A stretch of 64,000 nt of DNA from Bacteroidota bacterium (GTDB lineage: Bacteria > Bacteroidota > Bacteroidia > NS11-12g > UBA955), in the NCBI GenBank assembly GCA_016868785.1, contig VGFS01000006.1:7184-71183 (forward strand). The letters run 5' to 3'. A model generated the notes under the pieces. The model did no database searches and was not told where the DNA came from. It saw only the letters and a list, made by a program, of their open reading frames with translations. Positions 47,149-55,897 of the stretch are shown piece after piece; the stretch's first letter is position 1, and each line of letters begins with the position of its first letter. The translations under genes and the position numbers were made by a program.

Positions 47149-48093
47149 TCACTCAATGGAGAGGTCCCACAGGCGGATGGTTTTATCGTCCCCGGCGCTT
47201 GCAAGCAAGCGCCGGCCCCCAGGAGAATCTTTACGGTCAGCATGATCACCCAACCACGCCAATGCATTCACGGAGTGGGTATGACCAAAATTTGGAAATT
47301 TCGATCGGTCAACCACCTTCAACAATGCATAATTCTGAGCGTCCCAGATTTTGATCGATTTGTCCATCCCACCACTGGCCAACCATCGTCCGTCACTGGG
47401 CTCCAACACCAACGCATGAATCGTAAACAAATGGGCCTTTACTTTCTCCCTCACCCCTCCATCAGACCCAAACCACCACAACAACGCATCCCGGCCACCA
47501 CTCACCAATGAATCATCGTCCATCTTCGCCAAACAAAACACCGAGGGCTGATTGGCCGTTCGCACCGAAAGCACCTCGCCCAAGGCATTCAATCGCCAAA
47601 CCACACCATCGCTGCCACCGATCAAACCCTCGCTCCCAATGCAACACCGAAGGCTGCGCTCACCCAATTTGAGGCGAGAAACCACTTCAAAGGCATCATC
47701 CAAAAAAACCAGTTCGCCGCTACCCAAACCCACAGCAATCCTGCCATCCATCCATCGCGATATAAAAAACACTGAACTCGTACCCAATTTCATCATTCTG
47801 GGCGATGCACCCACCCCCAACTTAAAAACCAAACCGCCTTGCGTCCCCGCCCAGATTTCGCCATCCATCCCCTCCAGCAAACAAAAAATAGGCTCCGGCA
47901 ATTGCGCAAACAACCTACCCACAACCCCAGAATCACCCAACATCCCATCCAACGGCATCGACCACTTAACCACCGCACCGTCCCCGCCAGCACTCACCAA
48001 CACCCCCTCCCCTTCACACCAAAAAAGTGCATAAACCCCTTGTTTATGTCCCTCTAATTTCGTATATTCTTTTACGAGTATCTTTGTAGCCAT
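47149..48093 (-). CDS. WD40-repeat protein
   Basis: Repeats end in ..GGMDKSIKIWD.. and ..SAGDDKTIRLWD.., with further degenerate blades. The start is tentatively MATKILV.. (ATG 48093); the ORF is open upstream to 48345, but that part overlaps the PPTase gene. Confidence 0.7.
   Translation of the reverse strand: MATKILVKEYTKLEGHKQGVYALFWCEGEGVLVSAGGDGAVVKWSMPLDGMLGDSGVVGRLFAQLPEPIFCLLEGMDGEIWAGTQGGLVFKLGVGASPRMMKLGTSSVFFISRWMDGRIAVGLGSGELVFLDDAFEVVSRLKLGERSLRCCIGSEGLIGGSDGVVWRLNALGEVLSVRTANQPSVFCLAKMDDDSLVSGGRDALLWWFGSDGGVREKVKAHLFTIHALVLEPSDGRWLASGGMDKSIKIWDAQNYALLKVVDRSKFPNFGHTHSVNALAWLGDHADRKDSPGGRRLLASAGDDKTIRLWDLSIE
48079..48086 (+). promoter_or_regulatory. Candidate -7 box (TATCTTTG) for the PPTase gene, inside the WD40 coding sequence
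   Basis: TATCTTTG ends 5 nt before the ATG at 48092. Confidence 0.35.
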
Positions 48094-48751
48094 GCCCATT
48101 GAATTGCGTTGGAATTGCCATACCGGAACTTGCCTTACACTTTGGCATATTACCGAACATCGCAACCAGCTTGCGCAAATGTACAACCAAATTTGGGGCG
48201 ACCAAGCCAACCCCCAAACCACCGAAAGTGCCAGTCCGCAAAAACTCGCCGCGCGCAACCTCATCGGCACCGAATTTCCCGCGCACCAACTCGTATTCTC
48301 CGAGCATGGCAAACCCCTGTTATTGCCCCACTCTGCCCATATCAACCACAGTCACGCCGGTGATTTCGCCCTGCTCGCCCACCACCCCAACCTTTCCGTG
48401 GGTGTAGACATTGAGCAAATCCGACCTCAGCTGCTGCGCATCTATCCGCGATTTTGTAACAGCCAAGAACAAATGGCGCTCGGACCCAATCCGCCCCTAG
48501 AATTGCTGCTGCTGTTTTGGTGCGCCAAAGAGGCAATGTACAAAGCGATTGGCGAAATAGGCACTGACTTCCGTTCACACCTGCAAATCACAAAGTGGCC
48601 GTTAAACAACGACCCTTTCAAAGATCCGTATGATTCTGAAGGGCAGTTGGAAGCCCAGATATCGCTTCCAGGATTTGAACAATCTTGTACATTGAATTTT
48701 AAACGCTGGGATCAATATGCCGCCGTTTGGGTGGCACTGCCCTACCCCTAG
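48092..48751 (+). CDS. 4'-phosphopantetheinyl transferase (Sfp-type)
   Basis: ..NHSHAGDFALLA...VGVDIE.. and ..FWCAKEAMYKA.. are the PPTase superfamily motifs. 219 aa. Confidence 0.8.
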   Translation: MPIELRWNCHTGTCLTLWHITEHRNQLAQMYNQIWGDQANPQTTESASPQKLAARNLIGTEFPAHQLVFSEHGKPLLLPHSAHINHSHAGDFALLAHHPNLSVGVDIEQIRPQLLRIYPRFCNSQEQMALGPNPPLELLLLFWCAKEAMYKAIGEIGTDFRSHLQITKWPLNNDPFKDPYDSEGQLEAQISLPGFEQSCTLNFKRWDQYAAVWVALPYP

Positions 48752-49713
48752 ACTTCCTGGACGGCTTTCACCGAAAAACTGAATACAGACCCAGCCCCCT
48801 CGGTACTGATGACGCTGATGGTCTCTCCATGGGCTTCCACGATGTGCTTACAAATGCTCAATCCCAGTCCGCTGCCTCCTGTGGCGCGGTTTCGATGTTT
48901 GTCAACCCGAAAAAATCGCTCAAAGACCCTACCCAAATGCTCCTGCGGAATACCAATGCCGTTGTCGGCCACTTCCACTATCACCTTTGCACCGGTGTTG
49001 CTTAGCCTGAACCGGGTGTTGCCATTCTCGTGGCCGTATCGGATAGAATTATACCCCAAATTCGTGAGCACCTGCAATATTCGTTTGCGATCGCACAGCA
49101 CCTGGTAATCCCCCGCAGGCGCGAAAACCTGCAAAGTGATGTTCTTTTGCTTGGCCTGCAACTCCAATGATTCCACGATTTCATTCACCAGTTGCAACAT
49201 ATCGAACGGTTGCTGATCCAAGACCAAAAAGCCACTTTCATACTTGGTGATGGTATCCAAATCAAGCACAATCTGCCCCAGTCGATCCGCATTTTTGTTG
49301 GCTTTCCCCAAAAAAGATTCCAACGTTTTACGGTCCAGATCAGGATCATCCAGCACCGACTCGATGTATCCTTGAATCGAAAAAATGGGCGTTTTAAGCT
49401 CGTGAGCCACATTGCCGATATAGTCTCTGCGATAATTTTCTAATCGCTGCAATTGCAACAACTCTTCCTTGCGCTTATCGAACAAGGCCTTTAATGCCGC
49501 TTCGATGTCTTCGTAAGTATGCGATACGGTCTCCTCTTCGTCGGGATTTTCATCCGAAATCATTTGCTGAAATCGCCGCAGCAATTGCTTTTCCCTGCGC
49601 AACCACAACAACCCCACCATCAAGCCCAACAGTACAGTAACAATCCATAGTATGATGAAGGCCTGAGACGACATCCCCAAAGTGGTTAGCAGCTGAATCA
49701 ACAAAAAACTCAT
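48748..49713 (-). CDS. Sensor histidine kinase (HisKA + HATPase_c), no adjacent response regulator
   Basis: H-box NVAHELKTPIFSIQGY, N-box NLGYNSIRYG, G-boxes DNGIGIP and GGSGLGLSI, and an N-terminal TM region. The start is uncertain (ATG 49713, 49761 or 49806). Confidence 0.85.
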   Translation of the reverse strand: MSFLLIQLLTTLGMSSQAFIILWIVTVLLGLMVGLLWLRREKQLLRRFQQMISDENPDEEETVSHTYEDIEAALKALFDKRKEELLQLQRLENYRRDYIGNVAHELKTPIFSIQGYIESVLDDPDLDRKTLESFLGKANKNADRLGQIVLDLDTITKYESGFLVLDQQPFDMLQLVNEIVESLELQAKQKNITLQVFAPAGDYQVLCDRKRILQVLTNLGYNSIRYGHENGNTRFRLSNTGAKVIVEVADNGIGIPQEHLGRVFERFFRVDKHRNRATGGSGLGLSICKHIVEAHGETISVISTEGAGSVFSFSVKAVQEV

Positions 49714-49774
49714 GGGTTGCAAGATACGCAAACCGAGGTTTACAAGTTGTGAAAATCGCATCAAGTTTCCGTGG

Positions 49775-49782
49775 TATTTTTG
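49775..49782 (+). promoter_or_regulatory. Candidate -7 box (TATTTTTG) abutting the uvrD/pcrA start codon
   Basis: TATTTTTG ends 6 nt before the ATG at 49789. Confidence 0.35.
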
Positions 49783-49788
49783 TCGTTC

Positions 49789-52128
49789 ATGCATTGGCCA
49801 GATCATTCACAACCCGACGAACTTCCTCCGTATTTGGACAAACTCAACCCTGCCCAGAAGGCGGCAGCCATGCAAACGGAAGGACCTGTAATGATCATAG
49901 CCGGTGCGGGATCAGGCAAAACCCGCGTGCTTACTTTTCGCATGGCCTACCTGTTGCACAAAGGCGCTGAACCCTTCAATATTTTGGCTCTGACCTTTAC
50001 CAACAAAGCCGCCAAAGAAATGCGTCATCGTATCGAGCAAGTGGCCGGCGCGCAAGCCAGAAACTTGTGGATGGGTACGTTTCACTCCGTGTTTGCCCGC
50101 ATTTTACGTCAGGAAGCCGACCGACTCGGATATCCCTCCAACTTCACGATATACGACAGCGAAGACAGCAAAAACCTACTGAAGGGGATCATCAAAGAAA
50201 TGAACCTCGACGATAAAATGTACAAACCGTCGATGGTCCTAGGAAGAATCAGCATGGCCAAAAACAATTTGATTGAGGCCAAGCATTATACCGACAAAGA
50301 AGACCTGATGAATCAGGACAAAGCCGCCAATCGCGCGAAGTTCTCTGAGATTTTTACCGCCTACACAAACCGGTGTTTCAAGGCCGGGGCGATGGACTTC
50401 GACGATATACTGCTCAACACCTACAAGCTGCTGAACAACCACGTGGATGTCTGCAACAAATGGCAACACAAGTTCAAATACATTATGGTGGATGAGTACC
50501 AAGACACCAACCATGTTCAGTACATGATCACCCGAAAATTGGCTGCCGTACATCAAAACATCTGTGTGGTGGGCGATGATGCGCAGAGTATTTATGCTTT
50601 CCGCGGGGCGAATATCCAAAACATCTTGAATTATGAGCGCGACTACCCGGATGTAAAAACATTCAAGCTGGAACAGAACTATCGATCTACCCAGAACATT
50701 GTCAACGCCGCCAGTTCCGTGATCAAAAACAACCAAAAGCAGCTCGAGAAAAATGTGTGGACATCCAACGACATTGGTGAGAAAATAAAGGTGGTGAGAA
50801 ATGCTACCGAGGGAGAAGAAGCGCGCAGGGTGGCCGATGCCATATTCGATGACAAGATGCACTTGCATTTGCCCAACAAGGCCTTCGCCATTCTCTATCG
50901 CACCAACAGCCAAAGCCGAGCTTTTGAAGAAGCGTTGCGCCGACAAGGCATCGATTATCGCATTTATGGGGGCATGAGCTTTTACCAACGAAAGGAAGTG
51001 AAAGACCTCATTAGTTATTTGCGCTTGGTGATCAACCCCTCAGACGAAGAAGCCCTAAAGCGGGTGATCAACTACCCGGGCAGGGGCATTGGCGACACCA
51101 CCATCAACCGGATCGTGGTCAAATCCTCCGAGTTGGGGGTTCCACTGTGGGATGTTGTTGCCTCGGCGGCAAGCATTCCGGAGTTAGGGGTTAGCACCGG
51201 AAAAGTGGAGAATTTCGCCATGATGATTAAGAGCTTCCAAACGATGCTCGACTCACACAATGCCTATGATTTGGCCATGCACGTGGCAAAACAGACCGGT
51301 CTTTTGAAGCTGCTGTACGATGACAAATCGGTAGAAGGCGTTTCTCGGTATGAAAACATCACGGAATTGCTCAATGGTATACAAGAATTTGTGGAGGACG
51401 ACGAAAGTGAGAAAGAGAAAACCTTGGCGAATTTCCTGGAAGATGTGGCCTTGTACACCGATGATCAAAAAGACAAAGACCCAGACAGGGATTGCGTTTC
51501 CTTGATGACAATTCACGCGAGTAAAGGATTGGAATACCCCGTAGTTTTCATTGTGGGCATCGAAGAAAACTTGTTTCCAAGCCAGCTATCACTGCACAGC
51601 AGAGCGGACCTAGAGGAGGAACGACGGTTGTTTTATGTGGCCATTACCCGTGCGGAAACCAAATGCTACCTCACATTCGCAACATCCCGGTTCAAATATG
51701 GCAGTTTGGTACCCTGCGAACCGAGTAGGTTCATCGAGGAAATCGATCCACAGTACCTAGACATGAGCACGGCATCCATGAAAACCGCCTCTCCATTCAG
51801 TGGCGCCGGAGGGCCAGATTTTTCAGGGAGTGGCTACATTGGCGGACAGTATGCCAGCAGAAAAGTGGAAGACAAACCCACAAAGACAGCCAAGTTATTC
51901 AGTGCAAGCAAGCCACCCAGTCCGCCCGTCCCTCCGGCCGACCCCAACTTTGTTGAAGGGGATATCAGCGGCTTGAAAGTGGGCGATAAAGTCCAACACC
52001 AGCGATTTGGCTTTGGCGTGGTTGCCAGCATTGAGGGCGAGGCCGCGAATGCCAAGGCCATTGTGAATTTTGACCAAATGGGACAAAAAACGCTGGTTCT
52101 GAAATTTGCAAAAATGCGAATCGTTTAG
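49789..52128 (+). CDS. pcrA: ATP-dependent DNA helicase, UvrD/PcrA/Rep family
   Basis: ..LNPAQKAAA...IIAGAGSGKTRVL (Walker A), MVDEYQDTN, ..VMTIHASKGLEYP.., and a C-terminal Tudor-like ..GDKVQHQRFGFGVV.. Confidence 0.95.
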   Translation: MHWPDHSQPDELPPYLDKLNPAQKAAAMQTEGPVMIIAGAGSGKTRVLTFRMAYLLHKGAEPFNILALTFTNKAAKEMRHRIEQVAGAQARNLWMGTFHSVFARILRQEADRLGYPSNFTIYDSEDSKNLLKGIIKEMNLDDKMYKPSMVLGRISMAKNNLIEAKHYTDKEDLMNQDKAANRAKFSEIFTAYTNRCFKAGAMDFDDILLNTYKLLNNHVDVCNKWQHKFKYIMVDEYQDTNHVQYMITRKLAAVHQNICVVGDDAQSIYAFRGANIQNILNYERDYPDVKTFKLEQNYRSTQNIVNAASSVIKNNQKQLEKNVWTSNDIGEKIKVVRNATEGEEARRVADAIFDDKMHLHLPNKAFAILYRTNSQSRAFEEALRRQGIDYRIYGGMSFYQRKEVKDLISYLRLVINPSDEEALKRVINYPGRGIGDTTINRIVVKSSELGVPLWDVVASAASIPELGVSTGKVENFAMMIKSFQTMLDSHNAYDLAMHVAKQTGLLKLLYDDKSVEGVSRYENITELLNGIQEFVEDDESEKEKTLANFLEDVALYTDDQKDKDPDRDCVSLMTIHASKGLEYPVVFIVGIEENLFPSQLSLHSRADLEEERRLFYVAITRAETKCYLTFATSRFKYGSLVPCEPSRFIEEIDPQYLDMSTASMKTASPFSGAGGPDFSGSGYIGGQYASRKVEDKPTKTAKLFSASKPPSPPVPPADPNFVEGDISGLKVGDKVQHQRFGFGVVASIEGEAANAKAIVNFDQMGQKTLVLKFAKMRIV

Positions 52129-52177
52129 ATTGCGCCCCAAACGTGCACGTTTCGTTGGTTATTTCGTTTACTTTCAT

Positions 52178-52185
52178 TATATTTG
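52178..52185 (+). promoter_or_regulatory. Candidate -7 box (TATATTTG) for rpsP-rimM
   Basis: TATATTTG, 46 nt upstream of the ATG at 52232. Confidence 0.4.
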
Positions 52186-52231
52186 CACCCCCGTTTTGAA
52201 GAAATGGGATTAAAAAAAACACAATAAAGAC

Positions 52232-52891
52232 ATGGCAACCAAAATTAGATTGCAAAGACACGGCAGAAAGAAACGGGCTTTCTTTCACATTGTGGTAGCG
52301 GATTCGCGTTCACCAAGGGATGGTAAATTCATCGAGAAACTCGGTAGTTACAACCCCATCACCAATCCAGCTACAATCGTATTGAACGTAGACCGCGCAG
52401 CCCACTGGCTGATCGCTGGAGCACAACCCACAGACACTGCTGCGGCTCTTTTGAGCTACAAAGGTGCTTCTATGAAGAAACACTTGCAGGTGGGCGTTAT
52501 TAAAGGCGCTATCAGCCAAGAAGAAGCAGACAAACGTTTTGCTGCTTGGTTGGAAGAGAAAGCCGCTCGCATCGATGCGAAGAAATCAAACTTGGCTTCT
52601 ACTGCTGAAAAAGTAAAAGCAGAAGGTTTGGCACAAGAAGCAAAACGCAGAGCTGCGGTTGAAGCGAAAATTGCTGCCAAAATTGCCGAAGCGGAAGCTG
52701 CTGCTAACCCAGTAGAAGAAACTGAAGAAGTAGCCGCTGAAGAAGCTGCTGCCGACGAAGTTGCTACTGAAGAAGTTGCTGCTGAAGAAGCCGCCGATGC
52801 ACCAGCCGCTGAAGAAGCTGCTGCTGAAGAAGCCGACGAAGCTCCTGCCGCTGAAGAAGCTGCTGCCGACGAAGCTCCTGCCGCTGAATAA
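52232..52891 (+). CDS. rpsP: 30S ribosomal protein S16 with a long Lys/Ala then Ala/Glu-rich C-terminal extension
   Basis: [42 protein letters not shown].. is canonical S16 over about 85 aa, followed by about 130 aa of low-complexity tail. Confidence 0.9.
   Translation: MATKIRLQRHGRKKRAFFHIVVADSRSPRDGKFIEKLGSYNPITNPATIVLNVDRAAHWLIAGAQPTDTAAALLSYKGASMKKHLQVGVIKGAISQEEADKRFAAWLEEKAARIDAKKSNLASTAEKVKAEGLAQEAKRRAAVEAKIAAKIAEAEAAANPVEETEEVAAEEAAADEVATEEVAAEEAADAPAAEEAAAEEADEAPAAEEAAADEAPAAE
52712..52888 (+). repeat. Coding low-complexity repeat (degenerate GCTGAAGAAGCYGC units) giving the AAEEAA.. tail of S16
   Basis: Protein tail [59 protein letters not shown]. This stretch spawns several spurious ORFs in other frames. 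Confidence 0.8.
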
Positions 52892-52901
52892 TCCCCCAAC
52901 C

Positions 52902-53477
52902 ATGAGTGTTCTGCCACCGCCCCTAACATTGGTCGGAAAGATACACGCCAAACATGGTTACGACGGACGATTATCCATCGAGTGCTCCGCCACTTCAAAC
53001 AAAATCATTTCCAAAGGGAACTACCTATTTGTCATCATCGACGGAAAAGGGGTTCCCTTTTGTATTACAGATGTTAACAAGTCCCAAGATCTCATCAAAC
53101 TCAAAGGCATCGACACAGAAGAAAAAGCCAAAGCCCTTATTGGCCTGTCATTCGGTGTCCCGAGCTCCAAAAAAATGTCGGTCATCCCTCAAACCAACGC
53201 CTTGGTGGGATCCCGCATTCACGACAACCCATCTGGCTTCTCTGGAGAAATTACCCAAGTAGAAACCTTGCCGCAAGGCATGATGTTTACCGTGGTGAGT
53301 CAAGACCCCACAAACCCCGTCCTTATCCCATTGGTAGAAACCTGGATCACCCAAATCGAGGAGAAAACTTCCACCATCTACATGGATTTGCCTGAAGGCT
53401 TGATTGATTTAAACGCATCCACTGCTGGAACCGAAACGGAAGATTCAGACGACCTGTCTGATGCGGAGAAGGATTGA
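52902..53477 (+). CDS. rimM: Ribosome maturation factor RimM
   Basis: ..LVGKIHAKHGYDGRLSIE.. (N-terminal barrel) and a PRC-barrel C-terminal half ..GFSGEITQVETLPQGMMF... Start at ATG 52902, 10 nt after the rpsP stop. Acidic C-terminal tail. Confidence 0.8.
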   Translation: MSVLPPPLTLVGKIHAKHGYDGRLSIECSATSNKIISKGNYLFVIIDGKGVPFCITDVNKSQDLIKLKGIDTEEKAKALIGLSFGVPSSKKMSVIPQTNALVGSRIHDNPSGFSGEITQVETLPQGMMFTVVSQDPTNPVLIPLVETWITQIEEKTSTIYMDLPEGLIDLNASTAGTETEDSDDLSDAEKD

Positions 53478-53523
53478 TAACGCAAAGTCTAACATCGCGG
53501 GCGAACAAGCACCGTTGAGTATT

Positions 53524-54210
53524 TTATAGTTCTTCGTCGCCCAGCAAATCTGGTCGCAACCGCTGCGTTCTTTCCAACGCTTGTTCGTGCTTCCATTGCG
53601 CAATTTTGGGGTGGTTGCCCGTGGTTAACACATCGGGGACACGGAATCCGTTGAAGACTTCCGGACGGGTATACAAGGGCGGTGCCAACAAATCGTCTTG
53701 AAAAGAATCACTCAGCGCGCTTTCCTCATCCCCCAAAACACCGGGCAACAAGCGAATAACCGCATCAACAACCGCAGCAGCGGCAATCTCGCCCCCGCTT
53801 AACACAAAATCTCCCAGCGAAATTTCTAAGGTCACGTACAAATCGCGCACCCGGTGATCGATTCCTTTGTAATGACCGCAGATAAGCATCAAATTTTCAC
53901 CCAAACTCAATTGGTTCGCCAACCCCTGCTTCAACGGCTTTCCATCGGGCGTGAGGTAAATAATGTGATCGTAGTTTCGCTCCGATTTCAATTTTTCAAT
54001 CACCACGCTCAGCGGCTCAGGCATCAACACCATGCCCGCCCCACCCCCGAAAGGCGTATCGTCGATTTGCTTGTATTTACCAATGCCGTAATCGTGCAGA
54101 TTGTGCAAATGTATTTCCGCTAGGCCTTTGTCGCACCCCCGCTTGGGAATACTGTAGCCCAACAAACCCTCCAACAAACCAGGCACAGCAGAAATAATGT
54201 CGAATCGCAT
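53524..54210 (-). CDS. trmD: tRNA (guanine37-N1)-methyltransferase
   Basis: MRFDIISAVPGLLEG.., ..ICGHYKGIDHRV.., ..SLGDFVLSGGEIAA... The start at ATG 54210 is supported by an adjacent -7 box. Confidence 0.95.
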   Translation of the reverse strand: MRFDIISAVPGLLEGLLGYSIPKRGCDKGLAEIHLHNLHDYGIGKYKQIDDTPFGGGAGMVLMPEPLSVVIEKLKSERNYDHIIYLTPDGKPLKQGLANQLSLGENLMLICGHYKGIDHRVRDLYVTLEISLGDFVLSGGEIAAAAVVDAVIRLLPGVLGDEESALSDSFQDDLLAPPLYTRPEVFNGFRVPDVLTTGNHPKIAQWKHEQALERTQRLRPDLLGDEEL

Positions 54211-54214
54211 ACTA

Positions 54215-54222
54215 CAAAGATA
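54215..54222 (-). promoter_or_regulatory. Candidate -7 box (TATCTTTG) abutting the trmD start codon
   Basis: Minus-strand TATCTTTG, with only 4 nt between its G and the ATG at 54210. Confidence 0.35.
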
Positions 54223-54299
54223 CCCGATGTTGATATTTATCCGTTTAATTGAAAGGGCAAATTTGGAAAGCCCCACGTTCGCACCGAATTTTGAAGGAT

Positions 54300-55064
54300 A
54301 TGTTGAATTTGCGCAGGCCTTTGGTCGTTTTTGATTTAGAAACCACCGGTGTGAGTGTCACCCACGACCGCATCGTTGAAATTTGCTTGCTGAAGGTATT
54401 CCCTGACATGCGCGAAGAGATTCGCACTTACCGCATCAATCCTGGCATTCCTATTCCCGCAGGTGCTACGGCCGTCCATGGCATTTCCAATGCCGATGTG
54501 GCCGACAAACCCTCTTTCAAATCCATGGCACCTGAATTACACGCCTACCTGCGCGATTGCGATTTTGGGGGATTTAACTCCAACAAATTCGATTTCCCCA
54601 TGTTGGTGGAAGAATTTTTCCGTGCGGGCATTGAGTTTGATGTTCGCGCCTGCAAATTCATCGACGCCCAGCGTATCTATCACATGAAAGAGCCTCGCAC
54701 CCTGAGCGCCGCCTATGAATTCTATTGCAGTCGCGACCTAGAAAACGCACACAGCGCCGAAGCCGATACCGTAGCCACCTGGGAAATCATCCGTGCCCAA
54801 ATAAATAAATACCAAGATTTGCCACAAGAAATTGAAGGATTGCACAAACTAACCGGGCAAGATTTGTTGGCAGATTTGGCCGGCAGATTGGTATTCAACG
54901 ACAAAGGAGAAGTGATTTTCAATTTCGGCAAACACAAAGGCAGAACCGTGAAAGACGTACTGCTGAACGAACCCGGCTATTACAATTGGATGATGGAGGG
55001 AGATTTTCCTCAGCAGACCAAAAATGTAATGTCGCGCATCCGCTTGAGCCTAAAATCCAATTAA
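54300..55064 (+). CDS. 3'-5' exonuclease, DnaQ/DEDD family with a C-terminal ExoX-like extension
   Basis: Exo I LVVFDLETTG, Exo II ..FNSNKFDFPML.., Exo III ..HSAEADT... Start taken at MLNLRRP.. (54300). Confidence 0.85.
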   Translation: MLNLRRPLVVFDLETTGVSVTHDRIVEICLLKVFPDMREEIRTYRINPGIPIPAGATAVHGISNADVADKPSFKSMAPELHAYLRDCDFGGFNSNKFDFPMLVEEFFRAGIEFDVRACKFIDAQRIYHMKEPRTLSAAYEFYCSRDLENAHSAEADTVATWEIIRAQINKYQDLPQEIEGLHKLTGQDLLADLAGRLVFNDKGEVIFNFGKHKGRTVKDVLLNEPGYYNWMMEGDFPQQTKNVMSRIRLSLKSN

Positions 55065-55081
55065 TCCAGCGCCAATCCCCG

Positions 55082-55855
55082 ATGATCAACCTTGACGATA
55101 TCGAGATTATCGACGATGACGAACCCATAGAGGACCCGCACAAGCGCGGGCCCCACATCGGAAAAATTCAAATCCTCCAGCAAACCGAAAACTGGGTGGC
55201 CGTCAATAAACCCCCTTACGTCCCCTCCCTGCCCGAACGCGGAAAATTTACCGCCATTTCGGTTCAAGAATGGGCCAAAAACCAATGGCCCGATGCCATC
55301 CTTTGCCATCGCATCGACCGTGAAACCTCTGGCGTACTGCTCATTGCCAAAAATCCCGAAGCCTACCGCCACTTTTCCATGCAATTCGAACACCGAAAAG
55401 TGCAGAAAATTTATCACGCCGTGGTTAATGGCCAACTCCATTTTCAAGACCTTTGGATCGACCTGCCCATCCTGGCAGAACAAGTGGGAAAAATCAAAAT
55501 CGACAGAAAAAACGGAAAACCCGCCCAAACCCGATTCAAATCACTGCAGGTTTTCAGGCATTTTACCCTCATGGAATGTGAGCCCAAAACCGGCAGACTG
55601 CACCAAATTCGCGTCCACCTGCAATCACAAAATGCCTGCATCGCGGCCGATACACTCTACGGTAGCGACATCCCCATGCTTTCGTGGGTAAAACGCAAAC
55701 TCCATGGTACCGATTCGCCCCTCATCCCGCGATTTGCACTTCACGCAAAAACACTGTCACTCCAAGACCTAGACGGTTCCCCGCTCGTGTTTGAAGCCCC
55801 ATACGCCAAAGACATGGAAGTCATGATCAAGTTGCTCAACAAATACGACGTTTAA
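55082..55855 (+). CDS. RluA-family pseudouridine synthase
   Basis: Catalytic motif HRIDRETSGVLLIAK, plus ..TGRLHQIRVHL... Start at MINLDD.. (55082). Confidence 0.85.
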   Translation: MINLDDIEIIDDDEPIEDPHKRGPHIGKIQILQQTENWVAVNKPPYVPSLPERGKFTAISVQEWAKNQWPDAILCHRIDRETSGVLLIAKNPEAYRHFSMQFEHRKVQKIYHAVVNGQLHFQDLWIDLPILAEQVGKIKIDRKNGKPAQTRFKSLQVFRHFTLMECEPKTGRLHQIRVHLQSQNACIAADTLYGSDIPMLSWVKRKLHGTDSPLIPRFALHAKTLSLQDLDGSPLVFEAPYAKDMEVMIKLLNKYDV

Positions 55856-55897
55856 CCCAGTGCACATCCAACGCATCGTTCAGCCAAAACATCGCCC

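Noticed and set aside
47552-48034. 160-aa Pro/Ser/Thr-rich ORF on the plus strand.
   Set aside because: It is antisense to the WD40 gene. Its low-complexity composition follows from the complementary Gly/Asp/Val codons.
50239-50988. 249-aa ORF on the minus strand.
   Set aside because: It is antisense to the uvrD/pcrA helicase core, with no recognisable domain. It is a shadow ORF.
52456-52998. Ala/Ser-rich 180-aa and 121-aa ORFs on the minus strand, and the 5' part of track ORF 52761..53477.
   Set aside because: They arise from the GCTGAAGAAGC-type coding repeat of the S16 tail read in other frames or on the other strand. The S16 and RimM frames explain the region.
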